A model generated the notes under the pieces. That model saw only the letters and a program-made list of their open reading frames with translations. It ran no database searches and was not told where the DNA came from. This document shows, in pieces, positions 23,601 to 31,841 of a stretch of 64,000 nucleotides of DNA (positions are counted from its first letter, which is position 1; each line of letters opens with the position of its first letter). The stretch is from Candidatus Thalassarchaeum sp. (GTDB taxonomy: Archaea > Thermoplasmatota > Poseidoniia > Poseidoniales > Thalassarchaeaceae), in the NCBI GenBank assembly GCA_022449945.1, contig JAKURM010000001.1, positions 7,569 through 71,568 on the forward strand, read 5' to 3'. The translations under genes and the position numbers were made by a program.

Positions 23601-25618
23601 ACTAACATAGATGCTGTTGTCGGCTTGTTGTACTCTTCTCTGTAGTTTATCCTAACCCGAACTAGGACTTCTTCTATCGTACCATTGTCCTCCCCATCTT
23701 CATCAATGTGCCCACGGAGGTTGTATGACTCGCCCTCAATAAGCCACGAGTGCTTTGCTGGGCTCTCTATCTCGACCCAGTGTCCTTGTTGGGGGTCTCC
23801 TGGGCCCAGGCTCTGGTTTGTATTACCACCTCCGGTACCAAACATTTCGCTAGCCACTAATCCCCCATCGATTATTCCGAATCCGTATTTTTCATTCCAT
23901 GAGTAGCCTTGGTATGTATCATCAGTAGACCATTCGTCTCTAAACTCCGATCCAGCCATCAGGAACTCCCTGATTGCCTCACTCCTGCTACCATCTTCCG
24001 AATCCATGAAGTCCATTTTCCTAGACTCCCCGATTTCCATCATGATTGCTACCAGTCCCGCCACAGCAGGCGTGGACATGCTTGAACCTGACTTCTGGAC
24101 ATAGTCATCCTTGGCCCTATTGACATCAGACCCCGGGATGATGCCGGAAGACTCAGCGTGCTTGGCCGAATTGATGTTTGATCCCGGGGCCACGACCCAC
24201 GGCTTCATTTCGTCATAGGAGTCGGCATCTCCGTCGTCCTGCCTCGGACCGTAGTTTGAACTGGAAGAAATCTGGTCATCCTCCCTATCTATCGAATTTT
24301 TGTCATCTAGCCAACCAACTGTAATTGCGGTGTCAGCCGAACCAACTGAGTTTACGTTGTTCGCACCATCGTTCCCTATTGCTGCAACGCACACCAACCC
24401 ACTTTCGGAAGCCTGGTTGACCAGATTCGCCTCTGCCGAGGTCCCGTCTTCGTTGTTGTCAGATGCTCCGGTACTGGCACGGCCGAAGGACATCGAGACA
24501 ACCTGGATTCCCCTGCTTGACTCGTTATTTCCCCAGTCGGTATCTTTGTTGTTTATCACCCATTGAAGTCCGGCTAGTATCGATTGTGAATTCCCCCCGC
24601 CGTAGTCCTCCATTACCTTGACGTCAACTAGGTAGGAGCCAGGGGCGTACCCTTGTACAACTCTAGAAGAGTCGCCTGTTCCCAGTGCGATTCCGGCTAC
24701 ATGCGTACCATGCCCATCTCCGTCATCCGGGTCTTCCTCCGAGCATCCAGATTGGCCGACTCCCGTCGAATCGCATCCTGCCACCCACTTTGGATCCTCG
24801 AGGTCGTCTGGCTCGTTTGAGTTGTCATTGTTGTCATCCGAAAAATCGTCAAGGGAGAAGTGCTCGTTATCCACTCCAGTGTCCAATATAGCAATCACAA
24901 TTCCAGAACCATGGTACCCAAGACCTCTGATGGCATCATCGTACACGTCGGATTGGCGGACCTTGGATCCTTTTGCTGCCTTGTCCAAGTAGGGAACGAT
25001 TACGTTTTGCTCTTCTACCAGGACAACCCCCTCCAATCCCCAGATTTCCATCAGGGAGCTAACAGGCACGTGATCCAGAACAATTGCATCTAAGTTGTCC
25101 ATCGGCATGAACCAAGACCCATCCTGTTCCCAGCCATGGGACTCTATGACTTCCCTGATGGAATTGATATCAGAGGTCCCAGGGTGCCATGCATAGTGGA
25201 CAATTATGGCTACAGTTTGTCTTCCATCATCCCCCAATATGGAAGTCTTGGAAACCGATTCCCTCTCTTCCAAGATTATTTTTTGTAGTCTATCATCAAG
25301 TCCATTTGAGTCAGCATCTGACCAGAATCCGTACCACCAACCATATTCCATAGCAGGGGGCGAGGAGTCAAGTGGGGTGAATTCCGGTGAGCGATTCTTT
25401 TCTTCACAGAGTAAGAATTCACAGAAGGACATATCGGCATCATTGCTTGATGGCTCGTTCAATGCCTCGTTGGCATCATTGGAGAGATTTCCTGAGGCCA
25501 TTCCAACCGAAATATCGAGCACCAACAACATCAAGGCAGCGATAATTGGTGTGACTGAACCAACCCTTTTTGACATGGCTCTCGTAGAGAGCCAAAGTAA
25601 TGGCCTGTATAACTCCAA
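20672..25618 (-). CDS. giant exported subtilisin-like (S8) serine protease, single C-terminal TM anchor, cytoplasmic tail ending in C4 zinc ribbon
   Basis: 1648 aa. Catalytic triad motifs VIAILDTGVD / HGTHVAGIA / GSSMSTPAVAG. TM ILVIGVAFAILILGLVTLVSL near residue ~1480. Tail has an acidic stretch, RRGRREKR, and CANCGG...KCPVCGE. Confidence 0.85.
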   Translation of the reverse strand: MELYRPLLWLSTRAMSKRVGSVTPIIAALMLLVLDISVGMASGNLSNDANEALNEPSSNDADMSFCEFLLCEEKNRSPEFTPLDSSPPAMEYGWWYGFWSDADSNGLDDRLQKIILEERESVSKTSILGDDGRQTVAIIVHYAWHPGTSDINSIREVIESHGWEQDGSWFMPMDNLDAIVLDHVPVSSLMEIWGLEGVVLVEEQNVIVPYLDKAAKGSKVRQSDVYDDAIRGLGYHGSGIVIAILDTGVDNEHFSLDDFSDDNNDNSNEPDDLEDPKWVAGCDSTGVGQSGCSEEDPDDGDGHGTHVAGIALGTGDSSRVVQGYAPGSYLVDVKVMEDYGGGNSQSILAGLQWVINNKDTDWGNNESSRGIQVVSMSFGRASTGASDNNEDGTSAEANLVNQASESGLVCVAAIGNDGANNVNSVGSADTAITVGWLDDKNSIDREDDQISSSSNYGPRQDDGDADSYDEMKPWVVAPGSNINSAKHAESSGIIPGSDVNRAKDDYVQKSGSSMSTPAVAGLVAIMMEIGESRKMDFMDSEDGSRSEAIREFLMAGSEFRDEWSTDDTYQGYSWNEKYGFGIIDGGLVASEMFGTGGGNTNQSLGPGDPQQGHWVEIESPAKHSWLIEGESYNLRGHIDEDGEDNGTIEEVLVRVRINYREEYNKPTTASMLVDWTNPIGITNWTVPFTVPNLPEEYSEVMVYGEVAARNDIGRWSNTTEFSFPVGRVNITLESPSGLDEVSGSVQVRGQFQSVFNGTIQWRLDSEDWEEGAFYSDGTWDAYGIGHGSSPGEVDDHPYCVHMFREEQSDTRCVEGDYGWKDWSFNWDTTNVKDDEYRLSVRLISAPGVVTDEIRRFVVVDNVPPQPDLQFVSSSISVQEFGIPMKEAYVNTFLEVRATMRNTGDKAATDVGVILEESGSRRDEYVIPNIDTGEFVEIVLYWNPSTEGDAQIGITIDPLNSIQELDDSNNQLSGTFAVLPRPPGVDLAIRSGSISTSPAVPRPGEQVIIEARVDNLGSTDSMEVIGILEEKTERGWEQIGNSSTPFVLGGSHSTISFYYTPNGSGPRDIRINAIVEDGSDLDWSNNDLSKTILVDSSTLTGPRAADINIGEEPIEIISIDKKEGDILISEKEGTLYLYRLTPSKSLIQCTNIMEDRWSGDLAVHSTQDGYAHLVWTRRYLDSNGFLMQTVSYSTIDPTCRMAPIQDLLGGMPLSDGKYWGVDLDVKDTEIIVAGYHRDIFTGGTMDDVTNIFTIYADAPVSSSDWTQNPSIISDIDVPPSLSEPLAIEFGHEQGHLLYQTSRNDTTGVERIGLWYAHGGISDSTWSYKKAVGDEASFPELAVVVEDKEDRIIAIWREGDPQDSELVSIVADSRFKAEEGMESRIPARGMTGSEIIETANGLQVIFDRVGPYGPQVEFGKVSYEGNWIGLSNVIVSGQFEMADRSPELGESMLVVSTPSGWQIRSLIDDDSDIRDVDLVDRVRSSLGLDQESFEILVIGVAFAILILGLVTLVSLSAQGIRWIGKRRAIDDGTQVRMEDDIVDLVDDSDISVDANLVELVESSSEQDTGASARRGRREKRAESGSMPISDAEILEGEVVSPDKLPFPDIAPGSQFVGGKPTICANCGGRFSAGEGVVATKCPVCGERVDL

Positions 25619-25644
25619 CCTATCCGGGCCTCAATCCGGTGACG

Positions 25645-26760
25645 TTATGGCCACTCGAAATGGGAAGCGGAAACCCCACATCTTAGTGTGCAAACATCGC
25701 GTTCAACCATTGCTATAATCTCCCCATCACATTTTGGACAGATCGTGTTTTCTGCCAACTCTTCTAGCCATGCTTGCCTGGTCTCCAGTTCATCACCTTC
25801 TTGACGAAGCTTAGCCAGAACTCTAGCCGCTCGACCTTCTAACTTCTTGCCCGACAGACTCCAGGGGTCTTCTCCCAGAACACCCATGCTCTCAACCGCC
25901 CGCCTTCTTGTTCCAGGAGAAAAACCACCTGATACCGTAGCACTTTCGTATAATTCACTGGGTGCCCCTTTGGCAATTGGTCGAGCTGCCACGTAGGCCA
26001 GTAAGAAGCCACCAACATGAGCCATATGTGCCACATTACTTTCTCCCGCCGTCCCTGTCTGTATGGAGTATATCTGGAATATCTCGAGCCCCAGCCTGAA
26101 GAATGCAATGAGCCATACAGGCCATGCCCGGATCAGGAACAATAGTGGGAACTCTATCTTGTCCTCGGGCCAACATGCCATGTACGCACCGAGAATTCCA
26201 AAGGCCGCGCCGCTTGCTCCTATTGCAGGAACAGATGACTGCGGATGAGTCGCAATCCACGCTATATTGCCTCCTAGCAGACCAATGATGTATACTGCAA
26301 TCCACCTCTTTGGACCCATCCTCTGCTCAAGTGGAACCCCGGCTAGTGCAATTACCAGAACGTTACCCAAGACGTGGATGAAATCCGCATGCAACCATGC
26401 TGCCGTAATTATTCTGTGATAATGGCCAAATCCTTCTCCGATGGGGATATTTTGATCTGTAAATATAGTCGGAACCAAGCTGAAAAAATGAATTGGGTGG
26501 AAGCTAATATTGAAAGTCTCCAGGGCAAACTGCAGAAACATTACCAGCAATAGAGAAAGTACCGTTGCCAGCGCAATGCTTGTCTGATTCCGTATTGCAG
26601 ATATGTATGGCCAAATTGCAACGGTAATTATTGCTACTACCCACAGCATGTCCGTTGACTCAAGAAGTCCCCATGCCCAGTCACTATCCGATGGCGCCGA
26701 CGCCATAACGGGCCCTGCTACCTTGTCCCCAAGAGTGCTTCGTAGGACGGAACCCCTCAT
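25645..26760 (-). CDS. rhomboid-family intramembrane serine protease with C-terminal cytoplasmic zinc ribbon
   Basis: GASGAAFGILGAY (GxSG) and AHMAHVGGFLLAY (catalytic His), ~6 TM. C-terminal CPKCDG...CTLRCG. Start uncertain (alternatives at 26706). Confidence 0.8.
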   Translation of the reverse strand: MRGSVLRSTLGDKVAGPVMASAPSDSDWAWGLLESTDMLWVVAIITVAIWPYISAIRNQTSIALATVLSLLLVMFLQFALETFNISFHPIHFFSLVPTIFTDQNIPIGEGFGHYHRIITAAWLHADFIHVLGNVLVIALAGVPLEQRMGPKRWIAVYIIGLLGGNIAWIATHPQSSVPAIGASGAAFGILGAYMACWPEDKIEFPLLFLIRAWPVWLIAFFRLGLEIFQIYSIQTGTAGESNVAHMAHVGGFLLAYVAARPIAKGAPSELYESATVSGGFSPGTRRRAVESMGVLGEDPWSLSGKKLEGRAARVLAKLRQEGDELETRQAWLEELAENTICPKCDGEIIAMVERDVCTLRCGVSASHFEWP

Positions 26761-26784
26761 ACGAAGTCACTGCACCGCTCCAGC

Positions 26785-28197
26785 ATGGGCCGGCTCTCCA
26801 TTGCCGAGACTAGGGAAGTTGTCGTCCACAGGGGTTCAAGCAGGGTCCTCTCATCCACATCATTCTCCCTCGAAGAGGGACAACTAGTTGCTATCGTAGG
26901 AGAAAACGGCTCTGGGAAGACAACATTGATCGAGACTCTAGCAGGAATAATCCCTCTGAGGGAAGGTGGTGTTTATTGGAGGGGAAAAGAAGGGAAAATT
27001 GTCACAGTAAGGGACTCTGAAGGACGTAGGAATGCCCCCCCGCCGATGGGACTGACTCTTCAAAAGGATGGGATATGCGGGGATGAGACCGTCAGAGAGC
27101 GCATGTCTGCTTCTCTAGAAGTAGCCGGGCTAAAGGTAGGAAACGAGGTAATAAACAATTTATTGGAAACGTGGGGGATATACCACAGATCTGAGGATCG
27201 AGTTCTTCAACTCTCAGGAGGTCTTCGAAGGAGACTCTCGCTGTTATGCGGAATCGCACCCGCGGCACTTCGTGATGAACCAACTGCTGTACTACTTGAC
27301 GAACCTTCAGAAGGCCTTGACAAATCAGCAAAGGATACATTGGTGGGTTGGCTAAGGGCACTTTCCTCTAGGAATCACGGAGTTGTCTTTGCAACCCATG
27401 ACAGTGATTTGATCAAATGCGCAGATAGGGTATTATACATCAATGATGGGCATCTATCGGAGGAAAAGGGAGAGTCTTCAGGTAATCTCTGTGTGTTGCC
27501 AGAAACATGTACCTCGGAGGAGCCCAGCCCAATATTCTCGGCTGTAAGATGGGCTCTAAGGACGGAGTACAGGAACCCCATCGATACCATTGGCAAGGCT
27601 ACTCCAGCAGTAGTCTGCCTCTTGCTGGCATATGCCTTAGTAGGGGAATTGGATATTGATTCCCATGGTAGTGAACTTCTTGCAGCATTGGTTCTTGCCC
27701 CGGCATTCATTACGGCAATATCCTCTCCCGCAATACTGCACCGTCTTTCCGAATCAGACAGCGGTAGGTGGTGGGATGCAGTGGTGGGCCCAATGGCTCG
27801 TCCAGCCTTCTCAATCGGAGGGGCTTCGATACTATTGCCAATCCCCATTGTTTACCTCTCTTGGTTCGTCCTAGCGGGCTCGGTAGATCCTAATACTTCA
27901 TCAGAGGTACTTTGGTGGCTTTGGCTGCCTGCGCTCTCAATGTTGGACTTGGCCGTGGCAGCAACTTCACTACATCTTCTGGTTTCTGACCTATCCAGGT
28001 CAAGTGCCGTACCTGCACCTCTTCTTCTGATTGTTCTGGTTTGGCCATTCCTTGAGCTCACTGATGCATTGGCAGCAATTATCGATGGGGGGATGGAATT
28101 CAGCCTCACCCTGCAGGATCCGATAATTACGTGCCTAATCGCCAGCCTAATCTCCGCTCTAGTCTGGCTTGGAGCTGTACTGATTCCAGATTATTGA
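26785..28197 (+). CDS. CcmA-CcmB-like fusion: ABC ATPase domain fused to ABC-2/CcmB-like permease (heme exporter)
   Basis: Walker A GENGSGKTT, signature LSGGLRRRL, Walker B VLLDEPSEGLD, then ~220 aa with ~6 TM. Lies upstream of ccmC. Confidence 0.55.
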   Translation: MGRLSIAETREVVVHRGSSRVLSSTSFSLEEGQLVAIVGENGSGKTTLIETLAGIIPLREGGVYWRGKEGKIVTVRDSEGRRNAPPPMGLTLQKDGICGDETVRERMSASLEVAGLKVGNEVINNLLETWGIYHRSEDRVLQLSGGLRRRLSLLCGIAPAALRDEPTAVLLDEPSEGLDKSAKDTLVGWLRALSSRNHGVVFATHDSDLIKCADRVLYINDGHLSEEKGESSGNLCVLPETCTSEEPSPIFSAVRWALRTEYRNPIDTIGKATPAVVCLLLAYALVGELDIDSHGSELLAALVLAPAFITAISSPAILHRLSESDSGRWWDAVVGPMARPAFSIGGASILLPIPIVYLSWFVLAGSVDPNTSSEVLWWLWLPALSMLDLAVAATSLHLLVSDLSRSSAVPAPLLLIVLVWPFLELTDALAAIIDGGMEFSLTLQDPIITCLIASLISALVWLGAVLIPDY

Positions 28198-28235
28198 GGA
28201 AGAGCATTCTTGACTAGTCAAACAGTCGCAGACTC

Positions 28236-28949
28236 GTGCTTGATTCGAGGTCGGCAGCCGTCCCACTCACTGCCTTGGGCCTGCTTGGGGCTGGTACTAC
28301 TGCTATTCTAGGATTTGTTTGGGCGCCATTGGTTAACCCCGATGTATGGCATGCCCCAGAGGCATATCGGATTCTCTACTGGCACGTTCCTTTCGCATGG
28401 ACTTCTTTCCTTGCGTTCTGCCTATTGTTCGCTGGCTCTCTGTTATGGTTCCTCAGACGTTCCGAGAGGGGATGGGGGATGCTTGTCATTGGTTCCGAAC
28501 TTGGGCTCCTTTTTGGAACTGGGGTAATAATTTCTGGGCCCATTTGGGCTTCGGCGGAGTGGGGTGTTCCATGGGACTGGGGGGACGCACGGCTGAATAC
28601 GTATGCCTTGCTAACGGCTGTTGCACTTTTCCTTGTGATGTCCATCAGAAGCCAACCGGATGGTGAAGAGACCAGAGACAGCCTTTCCACCATCGGAATA
28701 TTGGGATGCGTCGTATTGGTTCCCATTACCGTATTCGCAACCACGCTTTGGCAAAATAGACACCCAGGTGTCGTCGTATTAGAGTCAGAGGAGACTGGCC
28801 TGGATCCAGATATCAAGCTAGTTTTGATGCTGGGCACGGCCTCTTTCCTAGTCTTATTTGCCGGGCTAGTGGCACTGAACGATGCGATCAGGTCGGCTTC
28901 CAAGAAAAACGAGGAATTACTGCTGTCCATCGATAAGGAGGCTCTTTGA
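28236..28949 (+). CDS. ccmC: cytochrome c-type biogenesis heme exporter protein CcmC
   Basis: 237 aa, 6 TM, WWD-domain signature WGVPWDWGDARLNTYALL (compare WGxxWxWDxRLT in CcmC). Confidence 0.75.
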   Translation: MLDSRSAAVPLTALGLLGAGTTAILGFVWAPLVNPDVWHAPEAYRILYWHVPFAWTSFLAFCLLFAGSLLWFLRRSERGWGMLVIGSELGLLFGTGVIISGPIWASAEWGVPWDWGDARLNTYALLTAVALFLVMSIRSQPDGEETRDSLSTIGILGCVVLVPITVFATTLWQNRHPGVVVLESEETGLDPDIKLVLMLGTASFLVLFAGLVALNDAIRSASKKNEELLLSIDKEAL

Positions 28950-29089
28950 TGTCTGGGACTTTCGAGGCCGTGCTTACCTATGCCATTCTCTCAACATTGC
29001 TAGGATTCTACGTGTTCGGCCGTATCAAGCTTCTTTCACAGCTAACTTCAGATATCTCTGCTAGCCGCTTGGATCTCAGTGAAGAATAG
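28949..29089 (+). CDS. small single-TM protein, candidate CcmD (46 aa), translationally coupled to ccmC
   Basis: Hand translation MSGTFEAVLTYAILSTLLGFYVFGRIKLLSQLTSDISASRLDLSEE. Its ATG overlaps the ccmC TGA (tgATG). One TM followed by a charged tail, as in CcmD. Below the 60-aa cutoff of the ORF track. Confidence 0.45.
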   Translation: MSGTFEAVLTYAILSTLLGFYVFGRIKLLSQLTSDISASRLDLSEE

Positions 29090-29149
29090 CCACCCTAAAC
29101 TCTCGGAAGCCTTCTAACGGGGAGTATTAGCGCAGAATCGGGGAAATCC

Positions 29150-30208
29150 ATGACTGGAGGGGCTTTTTGCATTATTTGTGGAGCGGAACCCCCCCTTTCT
29201 TCCGACAGGATGTGCGAGACCTGCCTCAGGGAGAGAACCGTCCTATCCATGATCCCTGAAAGGATTCAACAGGACAGATGTGCAAAGTGCTCCTCTTACG
29301 AAGTAAAGGGCAGATGGTCGAAAATGTCCGAAGATGACATCTCCGATATGAGGGTCAGAGAAAATCTAGTTCTCGAAGAGCGGGCCCTGGGGGCTAGCAT
29401 CTCATTCTCATCTCAGATTATCGATGACAGGACCATCAGGCTAGAAGTGGATGTCAGTGGAATAATCGAGGGTTACGAATTTTCCGACTCCCATTCAACC
29501 CTGCTCCAAACGAGCAATGCCGTTTGCCCCTCGTGTACTAGGAAGGCGGGTGACTACTTCGAAGCAACAGTTCAACTGCGTTCTGCTGGAAGGAAACTCG
29601 ACGCGCAGGAATTGGCCGACCTAAGGTCAACTCTGGACGAACTGATAGAGTCCATGGAATCGAACCCGATGTTCTTCGTGACAAAAGAAGGGCCAGTCCC
29701 AGGTGGCTGGGATTTGCAACTGGGCTCGAAGAGCCTTGCTAGAAGTTGGGGTCGGAATCTCGTCAAATCTTTTGGGGGTTCAGTCAAGGAAAGCTCGACA
29801 GTAGTTGGTATGAACGATGGCGTGGAGGTAACAAGGCTGACCCTCAGTTACAGGAAGCCCGCGTACGCCATCGGAGACGTGGTAAAACACAAGAAGTCAC
29901 TATGGCTTGTGTCTAATTGGCAGAAGGACGGCCCGATTCTGCGAAGGATAGACAGATTTGAGAGAAGCGGCGCTACTTGGCGAGACATGGAATCATCCTC
30001 CGTAGTGTGTTCGAAGTCCGAACAGCATGTAATACAGGTCCTGAACAGAGACAGCTCTGCTGCCGAGTTCATGGATCCATCAGACTACAAGGTCACAACA
30101 GTGGCACTTCCCTACGATGACGACGGTGAAGCGGGAGAATTGCGCATCGCCTTCATAGACGGGGGGTGGCTGGCTCTGCCTGTCTCTGACAGGAGTGGCG
30201 GGAAATGA
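29150..30208 (+). CDS. NMD3-family ribosomal large-subunit export/biogenesis protein homolog
   Basis: N-terminal four CxxC pairs (CIICG...CETC...CAKCSSY...), ~350 aa, as in archaeal Nmd3. Confidence 0.6.
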   Translation: MTGGAFCIICGAEPPLSSDRMCETCLRERTVLSMIPERIQQDRCAKCSSYEVKGRWSKMSEDDISDMRVRENLVLEERALGASISFSSQIIDDRTIRLEVDVSGIIEGYEFSDSHSTLLQTSNAVCPSCTRKAGDYFEATVQLRSAGRKLDAQELADLRSTLDELIESMESNPMFFVTKEGPVPGGWDLQLGSKSLARSWGRNLVKSFGGSVKESSTVVGMNDGVEVTRLTLSYRKPAYAIGDVVKHKKSLWLVSNWQKDGPILRRIDRFERSGATWRDMESSSVVCSKSEQHVIQVLNRDSSAAEFMDPSDYKVTTVALPYDDDGEAGELRIAFIDGGWLALPVSDRSGGK

Positions 30209-31248
30209 CTGAACCGGATTTCAACGACCTCCTGTCCCGATTTGACCTCCGTGACATGGCCGGGTTCACTAGAAAGTTCGTAGACGATCTTCGGTCCTCA
30301 ATGTCTGCCACGATAGACATAGGTGAAGATTCGGACTGGAGTGGCGTAATATGCCTGGGAATGGGTGGCTCGGGCGCCGGCGGATTGTTCCTTAGGGCTC
30401 TCTCAGATGATTCTGGAGGCCTGCCCTTCGTTGTTTGGAGGGACTATGGGCTGCCTTCTTGGTGGGGCCCGGACTGGCTTGTTATTGCAACTTCATACTC
30501 TGGAAATACTGAGGAAACTCTGGATGGAGTTAGGGAGGCAATCTCCAATGGTGGAACTGTCGTGGGAATTTGCTCAGGTGGAAAATTAGAGGACACCCTG
30601 CTGGAAAGCGAAGGCTCGGTATGTCTCAATGTCCCGACGGGTCAGATGCCACGCTCTGCATTCGGCCACATCTTCGGAACTCAACTATCGGCCTGCTGGT
30701 CGTTGGGTTTGCTTCCCGAACCGAGACCCGAGGAAATCACAGGGATGCTCAGCAGACTTTCTGAGGTTTCCGCGGATGCCGATATCTCAGATAACTCTGG
30801 AATGGCGGCGACTCTCTCTCGTTCTTTAGTTGGAAAGGAGGTGGGGATAGTTTCTCCAGCCTGCCTCGGTCCGGCTGCTTACCGATTTTCTTGCCAACTC
30901 AATGAGAATTCTGCAATACATGCAACTTCTTCCGATGTACCCGAAATGAACCACAATGAGATAGTGGCGTGGTCAATCAATGAACCAACAAACAGAGCAC
31001 TATTGTTGCTTTCAAGTGACGACTTACATCCTCGGACAACGGCTAGGATTGATTGGATGATCGACGAAGTCGAGGCCTCACCGACATGGGTCATCGACTG
31101 CGATGGCGAAAGTTTGTTGGAAAGATTACTCTATGCTGCTCACGTTACCGACTGGATATCTATCGGGCTTGCTGTCCTTACCGAAGAAGATCCCTCAGAT
31201 ATGCATGCTATTGAGTCATTGAAGTCCCACCTTGCGTCAATTCAGTAG
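30205..31248 (+). CDS. bifunctional phosphoglucose/phosphomannose isomerase-like SIS-domain protein
   Basis: ICLGMGGSGAGGLFL and ATSYSGNTEETLDGV motifs of SIS domains, ~347 aa. Confidence 0.55.
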   Translation: MTEPDFNDLLSRFDLRDMAGFTRKFVDDLRSSMSATIDIGEDSDWSGVICLGMGGSGAGGLFLRALSDDSGGLPFVVWRDYGLPSWWGPDWLVIATSYSGNTEETLDGVREAISNGGTVVGICSGGKLEDTLLESEGSVCLNVPTGQMPRSAFGHIFGTQLSACWSLGLLPEPRPEEITGMLSRLSEVSADADISDNSGMAATLSRSLVGKEVGIVSPACLGPAAYRFSCQLNENSAIHATSSDVPEMNHNEIVAWSINEPTNRALLLLSSDDLHPRTTARIDWMIDEVEASPTWVIDCDGESLLERLLYAAHVTDWISIGLAVLTEEDPSDMHAIESLKSHLASIQ

Positions 31249-31841
31249 AGCTGACCAAGCACCAGCCTAGGATCTGGATAGTCCCTGAGTGACTGATCTC
31301 TTTCTTTTGGAGAAACCACTCCCGGAAGGTCATGAGTCTCTGGCTCAATAAGGGAAAGCTGGAAGTGAAGGTGTGGCTCCCATCCTCCGTTCTCATGAAA
31401 GTCACCTAGCCACCCAATCACCTCTCCAGCAGAAATTTTCTGACCTGCATACTTACCTTCCAGAGAAGCAGCATCAAGATGGCCATAGAGTGCCCAAAAA
31501 CACTCGCCTCCGATTTCGTGCCTTGTGATGACGACGTTTCCATAATCGCCCTTTTCAGGATTATAACCAAAGTGGGAAATTTCCCCCTCCATGAATGCCA
31601 TGCATGGAGTACCTACCGGTGCCCCAATGTCGATACCGACATGTAAGAATCGCTCACCTTGAAAAATCTCTGTAGTGTACAAACCCGGCCTCAGCTCATC
31701 GTATTTCCCAACGCTGTAAACGGTTTCCGGTGTACGCCAATTTCCACCTGTTAGGTCAAGTACAGAATATTCCTCAGGCATTCTGATGACTTCTTCGAAT
31801 CGTTGCGCGCCCCAATCCACCATGGTCATCCGATGTACCAT
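31242..31841 (-). CDS. M23-family (LytM-like) metallopeptidase
   Basis: HVGIDIGAPVGTP (HxxxD), GDYGNVVITRH, PHLHFQL (HxH). Confidence 0.75.
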   Translation of the reverse strand: MVHRMTMVDWGAQRFEEVIRMPEEYSVLDLTGGNWRTPETVYSVGKYDELRPGLYTTEIFQGERFLHVGIDIGAPVGTPCMAFMEGEISHFGYNPEKGDYGNVVITRHEIGGECFWALYGHLDAASLEGKYAGQKISAGEVIGWLGDFHENGGWEPHLHFQLSLIEPETHDLPGVVSPKERDQSLRDYPDPRLVLGQLY

